From Botryllus schlosseri (Eukaryota), in NCBI GenBank assembly GCA_051294905.1, contig CM119372.1, positions 5,086,001-5,150,000 of the forward strand: a DNA stretch of 64,000 nt. Direction: 5' to 3'. A model generated the notes under the pieces. It saw nothing but the letters and a program-made list of their open reading frames with translations, was not told the DNA's origin and searched no databases. This document shows, in pieces, positions 14,081-26,145 of this stretch. Position 1 is the stretch's first letter; each line of letters opens with the position of its first letter. The position numbers and the translations under genes were made by a program.

Positions 14081-15226
14081 GAGACCCCCTGGGCACGATG
14101 ATTCGGATTCAGATGATCTAATTATCCTCCACAAAGAGCGCCCAGTGGCCCGTGTATCGAAAGCAGATTTGTAGATGTGATCTGTCGGAAAAAGTGTCGG
14201 TAGTCGGCGTCCAAATAAATTCGACAGACAAATAGCAGTACGTCATGCGTGCGTTTGTAGGTTGGGTGACTGCAGATTCACACATAGCCAAAATCTCCCC
14301 CAACTCTCCGAAAATCACCAGTGAAGTCCTAATTGTGCAATGTATAGCTGAGCTGAGGAAGAGTTAGGGCATACAACATTTACGAGGCTCTGGTTAGGAT
14401 CAGCTTATTTATATTTGCTTCACCTGTCGCCAGGATCAGTAAAATAAATTGTGAACAACTTCAAGAATTGATCGGTAGTTTCGATCGATGTTCATGAATG
14501 GCTAATTCTGAACATTTTACACCCAAAATCACGCAATTTGAAACAACACGGTATCGAATTCGCAAAACAACGATGCAGTATGAATCGTGTACTTGCGACG
14601 GCCAACATGTAGGGCAGAGCAAATACATTTGCTTACAGATGAATAGCAGTTATGTCTTTTCCATCCATACCTAACATATAGGGCTACCGTCAATTGTACA
14701 TATGTATAGGATAAGTATCTTCTATTATAGGGGTCGGGAACCGTTTTCGACCGAAGAGCCATATTTACCCAATATTCTCAATTACTACTCCCAAAGAGCC
14801 ATACATGTCAGTCAACTGTTACGTCACAATTGACAATCCGTGACGTATTCGTAGCACTGACATATGGGATTCGTATTGTGCGCAATATTTCCTGCCCATG
14901 CGTAGGCGGAGCCGATCATGGTCACTACAGCAGTATACCCACTGCAGGGTGTAATACATCAGTGACGTGGGGTTAGGGGGAAGTATTAAGTCAGTGCCTT
15001 AGGCGTCGTCTGGTATGAGTGAAGGAAAATTGTGAACCCTTCAATTAATATTGTTGGCGTTTTCTATCGATGTTTATGAATGACTAGATTTTGAACATTA
15101 TTATTCCCAAAATCACGGAATTATCATATTTATTGTTCGAAGACAAAGCGCGAAAGACGAGGTAACGCACAAATGAGGCAAGCCTCACCTGTGATAGGGC
15201 AACACATCGTCAATAGCTCAGAAAAC

Positions 15227-15390
15227 ACCGAGCGAGATAGTGTAATAGTGATGCGTTCGCTTTCTCGATCGGTAGGTCGTGGGTTCGATCCCCGGCCAGG
15301 TTGGACCAACTACTCGAAAACTGGTATCCGCGGCTGTCCTACTAGGCGCTCGGAATCCGCCGCAAGAAGGAGAAAAAAACGTGGGTGCAG
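15227..15390 (+). mobile_element. tRNA-derived SINE-like element (different body)
   Basis: gcgagatagtgtaatag A-box-like start shared with the other SINE head, and B-box ggttcgatccc; no full cloverleaf. Confidence 0.5.
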
Positions 15391-16658
15391 ATTAGATGAC
15401 CTTGTGTTCGCATCGCATCGCCGTCGTCAAGGCGTCTTTCACTGGTGTCAAATGTGATTGTCGCACTGTTTCCGAAAATATAAGTATTGACCGACTTCTA
15501 GAGTATTCAACGTTGCGCTACACACCAAGAGTTTTACAGCGGTGCTCTACAACTGATTTTTCCCTTTCGATTTGTAATCAGAACTATCCTAACCCCTGCG
15601 TGCGGTGCGCTTTTACCTTTAACCTCTCCCGCCGGCCATCGTATTGCGGAATAGCGTGATGCCATCGCAGTTACAGTGTAGATTTTGTTTGGCTTATACA
15701 GCTAGGACCGTGAATGTGAAATTTTGGTTGCTGTACAAACGATTTCAAATGGGCATTCGGTGTAGTTTCAGCTATGCAGTGTGCATGTGCAATTGTGCAT
15801 ATTAGTTGCATGGTCATGGTCATACCTACCGCTGGCTGGAGATGGCAGATGCGGGCCCTTCTACGGTTCTGAAATACCATATAGCCAGGAAGCATCGTCT
15901 TAAGTCGTAGTTTCGTGTTGATATCCGCGATGTCGGAAAGCGAAGTAATTTAGTAAGTCAGGTGCTTTCGCAAATATCTCGACAGGTAGAGTATTTAATA
16001 CGGAGGATGTATCATTTAGGATAATTCGTTAATTTCCCTAGAAATTCGAAACCGCGCAATAAGTCATCGTCGGCAAGTTTCAATTCCCCCTTTGCACACA
16101 ATAAACAAATTAAACTATTATAAATAAATAATATGCGCATCGATCCTTGGTTACATTTCAACAATTTAGATCGCGCTTCGCATATCACGACCCAAGCCTT
16201 GCACTTCGAAATGAAAGCAGTTTCAATGGTACTATGCTACGTTTGTATGTCCATGCATGGCATAAAGAGAATGCGCAGACAACCCGCTGTACCCAACGAA
16301 GCTTCATGTAGCATGTGTGACACGCGATTTCAAATTGCAACATACCAACCCCGGCGCCTGAATTCGGGTGATATGTGAAAAGAAATGAAAAATATCTCTG
16401 GTTCCCTTTGTATTGGCTCGAGAATCTTGGACACGGTATCTCCTCCCCCCTACGTTGGTGCATCGTACTCCCAAGGGGCCCGTGGACTCCTGTTTAAGAA
16501 CCACTGCCTTGAGATATTCGGAGAATATAGAATATAGATCATAAAAATCGCCGTACAGAAGTCTCTTCAGAATATCATCACATATAAAGTGGTACGTATG
16601 ATAGGAAATAAGATATCCCTTTATGCTACACAAAGTGTACATTACGTTGGCAACAAGG

Positions 16659-17296
16659 CAGTGCTGGGATGACTCGAGTCAACTTTTTGGTATGACTTGA
16701 CTTGACTCGAGTCACTTTGGTAAAATGACTTGACTTGACTTGACTCGGCGTATCAAAAATGTGGATTGACTCGTGACTCGGAGCAAAATTCACGAGTCAA
16801 TTTCAAGTCATCAAGTAATCGGTGACGATAAAAATCACTGTATCTTGCATGTTCGGATTGTGCGTCAAACGCTGGCGTAACTCGTGAGAGCAACCAATCA
16901 TTCAATGATCGTGTGTTTTATTGAGCCTACATTATTCTTTCACAAATATATTGACCACAAACGAAGCGATCGAAGCTTATAGCTTACGATGTCGTAAACT
17001 AGTAGTGAAGTAGTTCAATACCAAAATATCTCTTTCTGTTCTCTGTTCTTACCTTAACCGAATCTTTTGTTTTATTTTGAAATGGAAATCGAATATACTT
17101 ATATACTCCTCAACCATTGGCGCAGACACGAATTGTATCATATCAATATGTATAAATGGGTAATGTATTGCATCGAGTGACTTGACTTGACTCGAGTCAC
17201 CTTCGAAAATCGATTGACTTGACTTGACTCGAGTCAAAATGTGCAATGACTCGAAATGACTCGTGACTCGAAGGTAGTGACTTGATCTCAACACTG
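16659..17296. mobile_element. hAT-type MITE with gacttgact(cgagtc) subterminal repeats
   Basis: Ends cagtgctgggat/atctcaacactg and perfect TSD caacaagg. Confidence 0.88.
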
Positions 17297-17671
17297 CAAC
17301 AAGGTGGTCAAGTTTTGTTTATATTTGTAGTATGACAGCACATGCTGGTTAGGAAGGATATTTAGTTGAAAGAACAATCAAACCGATGTCCATGAATTCA
17401 TGGTATTGAGACAACATTTATACTTTTACACTTCCGTTCTAGACTTTTGTAAGACACCGCTTGTTGGGTTAGGCCCAGTGGTTCTTATACTTTTTAGACC
17501 GCGACCCAAATCTGACTTTTAGTGGTATCTCGCGACCCAAGCAACACACACCAAAATGAATGCATTTTGGTGCCGACCAATTATATCAATAACGAAGGGT
17601 TTGGCCACCCAGCGACGGTCAATTATCGCCACCGAACTTTTTGGCAACGCACTTTGCCCAGCCGTATGTTG

Positions 17672-18099
17672 CAGAGATGAGCGGATTTGAAATTTCTATG
17701 TCCTAATCCAATCCAAATCCGAACCTTCAAATCCAAATCTAAATCCTAACCCATAACTTTTTCATATTCAAGTCCATGTCCAATCCTAATCCGATTCCAA
17801 CTGGAAATTTAGAAAAAAATACCAATTTATGCAATGGAGGGATTCGAAAATTTTCTTTCACAATCAACGATTCACTTGATTCAAGATAACTTAGTAACCA
17901 TACGTACATTAATACCTGATCTGAATAAAGTTTGTCGCCATTCGCCACACGACATTTCAATCTCCCAGAAAATAGGTAAATCCAATCCAAATCCTAATCC
18001 GTTCTGAAAAAAATGTCTTATCCAAATCCAATCCAAATCCGACGAAATTTCGCAAATCCTGTTTTTTCAAAACCTAATCCTAATCCATGCTCATCTCTG
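17672..18099. mobile_element. Nested MITE (TIR CAGAGATGAGC) with aatcc repeats
   Basis: TIRs and perfect TSD gtatgttg. Confidence 0.88.
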
Positions 18100-18530
18100 G
18101 TATGTTGGCCCAACGTCATATATTCATGTATCCAAGCGTGGGCGGGTTTTGGCCTCATAAACCGGCAACCGCTCGTTGTACAACTCTACACTAGAGCGTC
18201 CCAGGTCTCCGACGGTGTTTTCCAGAGAAACCAATGTTGAAAAAATCTTATCATGAATTCAAACCAATTTGTATAATACAAAGGTCGGCACATTTTCATG
18301 ATCAAGTCATGTCGTGGTGGCGACTTAGCCGCGTGTCTCGCTTATTGGCCGCGGTACCAAACTCAGTGACCTCTGATATGCTCAAACCAACTACAGTAAA
18401 TCGCGCGAAAAGCGAAGATATTTTTGTTGTTGCAATGACCTCAAATAATATTACATACATATTAAAAGACCGCTCTGGCACCTTCGCGACCCAAAATTAT
18501 ACCCTTCGCGACCTATGTTTGGGTCGCGAC

Positions 18531-19044
18531 TAGGGCTGGGCAAAATCGAGTACCTGAGTGATTCGATTCTGAATCACGTATTACGCTTCGAGTCGAGTCG
18601 AGTTTCGAGTATCACTCATTATGACGTCACAACAGAATATACTGTTTCGAAGTTCAAATATGTACCTTTTATGCCACCACAAAGAATATAATGCCTGTTA
18701 TCTGTCCCATTTAAGATACTTTGGTATTTTTTCAACCATATTGATTTCATTGCACTTCTTGACAATGTTGTCGGATGATCATGACTTCGGAAATGTGATA
18801 TTTCCTGTAACGTTCGTAGCTTTGTACTATGTCTCGCATGCTGCGACACGGCCAATCTATTTTTCAAGGCTTCCTCAGTGGAAAATAGCATCAAAACCAT
18901 AGTTCTCGTTAGTAAATTAACTTTCTGTTGCGAGGAGCGTATAATTTCATTACTCGAAAAAATCGTCTTCTACTACTCGACTCGAATCATTAAAATTAAT
19001 ACTCGATTCAGATTCGAGTACTCGAATCATTGTGCCCAGCCCTA
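18531..19044. mobile_element. Nested MITE (TIR TAGGGCTGGGCA)
   Basis: TIRs and perfect TSD gtcgcgac; a second copy lies in opposite orientation at 47927-48441. Confidence 0.92.
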
Positions 19045-19198
19045 GTCGCGACCCATACTTTAAGAACCACTGGGTTAGGGTTAGGTATAGGGTCAAGGTC
19101 GATCACGGTTGGATGTAAACTCACGGCCCATTGGTGATGCAGCTGTGGAACGTAGCACTATTACGCTATCGCATCTCGAAATTTTGTCTCGAGTCAGT

Positions 19199-19790
19199 AA
19201 GCCCATTTACATGGTCTAGTCCTCTTGAAGCTAAGTCGTCTTGAAGTGACGTCATGAGACGGCTTGCCAAAGTGATCGAGTTTACATGGTCATGGTCATG
19301 TTTATCGCAGCTCGAGTGATACACAGCACTTTGGGATTCAGCTCGGGAATATGCTACGGCAGTTGAGAATACTTCAACACAATTCTTGAATGACCAAATA
19401 CACCGTGCATATATTCTTTCTGATAGTTAGGATGGATAGGCAAGTTATATTGTTGGCTGTACTCGCTTCATAAGTTGTGACGCTGAACAAATAAGACCAC
19501 GTGCATATTATAAAAGCAGTATCATGTACTGATAGAGCTTTCATATTCACCCAGTTGAAATACGTGCCGGTTTCGTGAAACATGAACATGAAATGTTGGT
19601 ATGTTGCTGTAGTCTAGATTCGTTTTCAAGTACCGGTGCTGTTCAAGTCGTCTCCAAGCGACTTTGCTGCGGAACGGATTGAGCTCAAGACGGATTGAAG
19701 CCGTCTGCGTTTTTCTCTTTTTCAAAAGCGAAAGACTAGGATTGACGAGTCAGCTTCGAAGCTAACTCAAACGACCATGTAAATGGGCTT
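19199..19790. mobile_element. MITE with TIR AGCCCATTTACATGGTC (Harbinger-like ends; TA/TWA flanks)
   Basis: Perfect ~19-bp terminal inverted repeat taagcccatttacatggtc/gaccatgtaaatgggctta; superfamily uncertain. Confidence 0.7.
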
Positions 19791-20399
19791 AGTGTCTGGC
19801 TAGCGACCAATTATTATTATTTACCTTATTTGGCAAAAGTAGCTATTGATGTAGGCTACACTAGAGACCCTGTATACCAGGGGTTCTCAACCTGGGGGGC
19901 GCGGGAGGCTCTCAGGGGGGGGGGGGCGCGAGAAATTGACGAAGTCAGTATAGGGGGGGCGCGATAAATTGACAAAGTCAGTATAAATTGTACGTGTCTC
20001 AACATGTGTTTCACATCCATTATGAGAAGACGATTAATGAAGATGAAATTTATTCCATATTCAAGAAAGCTTTCAAAATACCAACTCTAGCAACCGCGCT
20101 CAACGAAGTATAGTCTGATTTCAACTTCATTTGAGCAAATTTTTGAAATTCTTTGGTGATATAGAGAGCAATTCCCACGTGTAAGTCATTCATTGCTTCA
20201 TAGCTTTGACAGTAGCCTAAAGCTTGTCGCGCTGGGCAGCTCTTGTTAGTAGCTTGCGAACTGCACTGCCTAAGACAGCCTTAGATGCAACATAGGTTGC
20301 CCGGTTTCGCCGTCAATTAGGCTATAAATCAACACAATTTAATTAATTTCCAAAACTGATCAAATTTAGCCTGGCAGGACAGAACGAAGCCTTGCTCTC

Positions 20400-20566
20400 T
20401 GTACTCACTACCAGCATCAGGATTAGTCTCTGGGTGACCTACCTGGAAATTAATTAATGGATGTCTTGTTTGAAAATAACAAAAAAAAAACATTGAACAA
20501 GACATCCATTAATTAATTTCCAGGTAGGTCACCCAGAGACTAATCCTGATGCTGGTAGTGAGTACA
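20400..20566. repeat. Perfect 71-bp inverted repeat with 25-nt spacer
   Basis: 20400-20470 is the exact reverse complement of 20496-20566. Confidence 0.95.
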
Positions 20567-20684
20567 AGCAACAAAAAACATTGAACAAGTTTGGAGAAAT
20601 TTGTCAGCAATGTAATAAAAGACTCAACAACTGGAATGCAGATTCAAAATTGGCGTAAGATATACCTTATGTATACTATTAGAT

Positions 20685-21209
20685 CAGGGATGGGCAGCCT
20701 GCGGCCGTAGAAGGGAATTTGAGCGGTAGTCGACGCCTAATTCAATTAGTATGTGTTGGCGGCCGTAGACATGCAAATTGCAATTACGAATTCACTCCCG
20801 CATTTTCGAGAGATTTTAATTAATCTTGAAATTTTCTTCGCCCTCCGCGCAATTCAACAAGACTTCATATTTCGATTTTAATGCAACAGCGCCCTTCTTA
20901 ATCTGAGCCGGAATGGGAATTGGCAAGAAATAACAATTCGTTCGCGGCCCTGATAAATTTTCGCGCTCCGCGCGACAATATGCACCTCCCGGCAACTATT
21001 CATAACATGGTCACTCGCGATTTCGGTGCGTACAATAGGCCATTGTGAAAAGTAGAATAGTCCGGAGTTCACCGGTAATGGATATGGACAGTTTACCATG
21101 GGAATTTTGCGTCCAGATCGTTCATTGCGGCTATGCCCTGGAATGCGGCCTTACGCTAAATAAGCAATCGAAATGCGGCCGTGATTATCAAAAACGCTGC
21201 CCACCTCTG
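20685..21209. mobile_element. Nested hAT MITE (cagggatgggcagc..gctgcccacctctg)
   Basis: TIRs, gcggcc subterminal motifs and perfect TSD tattagat. Confidence 0.87.
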
Positions 21210-21633
21210 TATTAGATGATGTGCTCTTTTTGACATGACGATAAATGCAAGGGGGGTCAGGGGGGGGGGCGCGATTTTTTTGACCATCTCCAAGGGGGGC
21301 GCGTGTCAAAAAAGGTTGAGAACCACTGCTGTATACGGATACGTTTTTTTCGGGATCCGGATCCGATGCTGCTCGATAGAATGGAATCCCGATCCATCCG
21401 GATCCTGTTCCGTTTCAAATGTTAATGTCCGGACCCAGAAATACCCTACAAAAGGTTGAGCATCTATTTGACCCTGTCGTCGATGTTTTTTTCAATTACA
21501 CCTCGGCAATGCATTGAAGTTTGCTATTAGGGATTTTTCGAAATAGAGGTGTGATACGAGTCGCTATATAAATATAATCGTTGGGTTATAATATTCATCT
21601 GAACAAGTTACACACAATGTACAATGCGATAAG

Positions 21634-22200
21634 CAGAGGTGGTCAAAGTAGTCAAGAAAGCTACTCAAGTAGAAGTAGAAGTAGCGAAGAAAAAAATCTA
21701 CTCAAGTACGAGTAGAAGTACTTTTTCCATAAGCAACCTAAAACTACTTGAAGTAGAAGTAGAATTGACTGACTTTAAATCTACTCAAGTAAGTAAGTAG
21801 TTGTGAAAACGAACGTAATTCGTTCACACGGATTGTCAAAAGGTGCAAATAGAGCAATGCGAAAGGTGCCCAGCTTGATTCATATTGATGCATACCAGGA
21901 GGTATTCAATTTTTGACAGCATAAGCATTCGCTCGCATCATGGGATAAAAATGATAGTATTGATATGGAAATGCAATACTAATCCTCTGTTTAATCGAAC
22001 AGCCCGTTTTAGAAAATATCATGGTATGGCGCCCTCCCACATATTACAAGGCTCCTGCTGTAGTCGAAGAGCAATAAGGAGAAGTTGTATAGGATACGGT
22101 GTAAACACTTTGCGCGATTATTAAACGTGAATAAAAATATGGTGGATCGTGAAAATGCCATATTGTGTTGCTTTGAGGTTGTCGAACGACACGCATCAGT
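21634..22200. mobile_element. Truncated copy of the CAGAGGTGG/gtagaagta element
   Basis: Collinear with the first ~500 bp of 56615-57861. Confidence 0.75.
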
Positions 22201-22725
22201 AGCGACCCTTTACTTGAACATCCACCTCGGCCTAGTGTGCCCGATGTCGCAGTTCTTTTCGACGTTGATTATTTCGAAGCCGCGGCCCTTTCTACTAGTT
22301 CTTTCCATTCCGTGTGAGTGCTTTCGTTTTTCGGGTTTTTTACGGGGCTTTTTTGTCGCAGTTCTTACGGTGACAACGGGGGTAGAGGAGCCCAGATGAA
22401 CCTCCGACGGGTCCTCCAGCTCAGTACGCGCTCATCGTTACCACTTCGCTATCCCCCTCACAATCGGAAAGCTGGATATTTCGAGCAAACTTTTGTAACA
22501 AAGCGAGCAAAATTTTCGAGATTGTCAAGGTGCATGCTCGTTTAGTGTTAATTTGTTTATGCTGCCAGCACCTTGCATAGAGTGGCCCGCAGTTGAAACG
22601 CAGTAAATTTTAACCAAAGTTGTTACCTTGAAGTGAAAATTGTAATATATGAGAAAGGTTCACAGTGCTGAACCTACCAAGGTTCGTTTGTGAACGTGAA
22701 CCTCTAAATTTTTGAGATTCACACT

Positions 22726-23901
22726 CAGAACGCGAACGTGAACCTCACGTTCACACCATCCCTAGTTTTCTTTACTTGCTACCGATGTTACCTTTACCCC
22801 ATTAAAAAGTTATACAGCAGTAGCCAACACCGCAACCACACGGATTTGGTTTCATGATACAATAAACATGCGAAATCAAGATCAACCCCGTACGCTTGCT
22901 AGATTTTTACATCACATACAACGATATCAATTTCATTGATTGGTTGAATATAAACATCATTCGCTGACTACCTATACATGTAGTGTATTTCGCTCTTGAT
23001 ATTGTGTGATTGCGGGCCAAACTCACAGCACAGAGTCAATAAATATTCCAGCAAACGTTATCATAACAAAGCAAGTAAAATCCTTGAGATTGCCGAGGGG
23101 CATGCTCGTTCAGTGGTATTTTTTTTATGCCGCCAGAGCCGTGCATATAGCACTATAGTGGCCCGCAGTTCAAATCCAATAAATTTCAACCAAAGATGTT
23201 ATAATGAAGTGAAAATTGTAATCTATGAAAAAGGTTCACCGTGCAGAACCTACCAAGGTTGTGAACGTAAACCTCTAAATTTCTGAGGTTCACAGACAGA
23301 ACGCGAACGTGAACCTCACGTTCACACCATCCCTAGTTTTCTTTACTTGCTACCGATGTTACCTTTACCCCATTAAAAAGTTATACAGCAGTAGCCAACA
23401 CCGCAACCACACGGATTTGGTTTCATGATACAATAAACATGCGAAATCAAGATCAACCCCGTACGCTTGCTAGATTTTTACATCACATACAACGATATCA
23501 ATTTCATTGATTGGTTGAATATAAACATCATTCGCTGACTACCTATACATGTAGTGTATTTCGCTCTTGATATTGTGTGATTGCGGGCCAAACTCACAGC
23601 ACAGAGTCAATAAATATTCCAGCAAACGTTATCATAACAAAGCAAGTAAAATCCTTGAGATTGCCGAGGGGCATGCTCGTTCAGTGGTATTTTTTTTATG
23701 CCGCCAGAGCCGTGCATATAGCACTATAGTGGCCCGCAGTTCAAATCCAATAAATTTCAACCAAAGATGTTATAATGAAGTGAAAATTGTAATCTATGAA
23801 AAAGGTTCACCGTGCAGAACCTACCAAGGTTGTGAACGTAAACCTCTAAATTTCTGAGGTTCACAGACAGAACGCGAACGTGAACCTCACGTTCACACCA
23901 T
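22726..23901. repeat. 571-bp direct tandem duplication made of the terminal part of the TAGGGATGGTGTGAAC MITE
   Basis: 22726-23330 is repeated at 23297-23901; ORFs 22996 and 23567 have identical translations and a 571-bp offset. It is homologous, inverted, to 28587-29110. Confidence 0.9.
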
Positions 23902-26145
23902 TCCTACTTGGAAAGCTCCGTTGTATAACCTATAGTTCCTGCAGATCTGTCACATTTGTTTCATTGCTATTTCACGGACGATCTGACGAGACCGCCAAAA
24001 ATACATTTTTCTCGGTACACAGCAAGAAAATGACGCAATGCGGGAATGATTTTCCCACAAAAAAGCCAATCAGCATAGCGATAACCCCCCCCCCCCCCCC
24101 GAAAAGAAGTCGCATACCACATCCCAAACCATTGCATTGCAGAAAAACATTGCAGAAAAACTCACTCTTTGTGACTTTAACAAAATCAATAGCCTGATAA
24201 AGGGGACTCAGTGAAAATGTAATGTTCGACAGTCTCGCCTGGGCGTCCATGAAATGGGCAACTAACCCAAATTTAGATGTCAGTCTTGATAAAGCGATCT
24301 ATTTACATTCGGGCACGGTCGTGCTTGGTAGGGGTAGTTGAACTTCTTGCTTGCAAGCCATTGTGTCATAGATAACAGTGATATGCAGTTAACCCATCAC
24401 ATAGATCTTTGTTATGCAAGCTATAAATAGTTCATAGCATGTTTTTTAATCACTTATTTACGTTTCTACGCAATATTTGAGAAAAGTTACAGCAAAAATT
24501 GGCATGAAAAATGGAGAAAACTTGCAAAAAGTTGCAATATAAAATCCCTATAAACAGATTAAAACATCATAGTGCATAGATTCGAAGTATCTAGAAAGCT
24601 GCCGGAAGCTGTAACAAAAGTTGCAAAAGTTATAAAAACGTGCTCTGCTGATGACTAAGAAAATGGTCAGCAAATTTGTGACATACATAAAAGGGCAAAA
24701 GATCCCCGTTTTTTTAAGTCCATGCACAATATTTCATCAACAACTGATGATAATAATTACTTGACAAACGTTACTGAATACCAAGATATAGCGACTAGTC
24801 ACCTCGCGGCAAACTTGTTCAATATTCACACGTAAATCGACTTGTCGTTGCTGAGTGATACGGTACGCTTAATCAGCTGCCGACTATACCGCAAGTGAGA
24901 ACTAAAGTGCACCTCCCCTTTTCAAGGTACCTCATTGTTGCGAGCGCGAAACGATATTAGTAAGCAATTTATTACTTCGGCTTAAATGAACTATACCTTG
25001 ACTACGACACTCACAATGCCAAGAGACAACAGCAACATAGATGAAGAACGGTTCTCAGTACGCGAAACAGGCAGACAGTCATTATAGTCCACCCCAGTAG
25101 GCCTACATTACGACGAATGATCATGATCATCGACACAGAAAGGTAATCACAAGAAAACTGAAGTCAGTACCGATTTAACAACAAACATACAAAACTCATA
25201 CCCCTGCTATATCGGTCGTTAGAAAACTTTGGTAAATCCTTGGACTCTTGAAATTTCGTAATTGCGGTAAATGATCGTGATTTGTCTCATTCATGACAAT
25301 GCACCTGGGCGATGAAGGGGGTCGAGTTGGCACTGCTCCAGCCAGAAAGGTAAATTTTAAAGTGAGTATGTACTGTTTCATCATGTTTAAGCAAAACGAG
25401 TGACGCTTCATATTTTCTCCACTTTATACCTAAAATCGAGACCAAAAGATGAGGTCACGTGGAGAAACTGCAATGGCTAGGGAATAAACGTTTTGGAAAG
25501 GGTGAGGAAGCGATGACTAGCTACGACGAGTAGCCTCAACACCACAGAGATCGCACGTGGGCTATATTGTATTTAAAAGCATGTAGCTAAGCTCGAATAA
25601 GGAAACCTCCGAAGAAAATGGCCGCTGCCCAAACTGTTTTCCCAATTTAATCTTTAATTTGAGCCATATCATATTTGGAGCGGAGTTCCGCACTATCAGA
25701 CAGGCGGTAGTACCAGTAGGAATATAGGTCGCATCAACGGGTACATTACGGGTATTCAGTGCAACACATTTTGACGATATGCAAAAGTCCATAAGGAACA
25801 TACGCTATGAGCTTTATATGGAAAGCAGTGATGATCATATTTTTTCAAAAATAGCATCCTGCAGGACTAACTTCCTCATTATCTCGAACCGTAAACATCG
25901 ATTACTAGACAATATGCAAAGTTCGCGATTCATGAAGGCATTGAGTTTCATATAGGTGGTTGGGCGCTTGGGCAGCATGAAGAAAGAAATAATTTATCGT
26001 CGTAGCCTGTAAAGCGCACCGAGCGAGTGGTGACGAGCTCTGCACTCCGAATCCAATTTAGCGCATTAGATAGCCGACGCGTAACACTTCCTCAAGGCCA
26101 GACATAATCACCAACAATACAGGTCCAGTCGCAGACTCGACGTAT

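Larger units (their letters stand above)
17476..19072. mobile_element. Non-autonomous hAT (cagtggttctta..taagaaccactg) hosting two nested MITEs, itself inserted into a SINE copy
   Basis: 12-bp TIRs and cgcgaccc subterminal motifs; the flanks 17430-17470 and 19075-19180 resemble the two halves of the SINE. Confidence 0.8.
19878..21328. mobile_element. Non-autonomous hAT (caggggttctcaacc..ggttgagaaccactg)
   Basis: TIRs and perfect TSD ctgtatac; contains a 71-bp hairpin and a nested element. Confidence 0.88.

Noticed and set aside
16670..17290. Regularly recurring gacttgacttgactcgagtc motifs (and similar arrays at 21650-21800 and 35900-36300) resembling CRISPR repeats
   Set aside because: There are no constant-length spacers and no cas genes; the motifs are subterminal repeats inside TIR/TSD-bounded MITEs in a eukaryotic locus.
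22996..23857. Two identical 96-aa ORFs suggesting a duplicated small gene
   Set aside because: They start at TTG, lie in duplicated MITE sequence, and the frame is not conserved in the full-length MITE copy.
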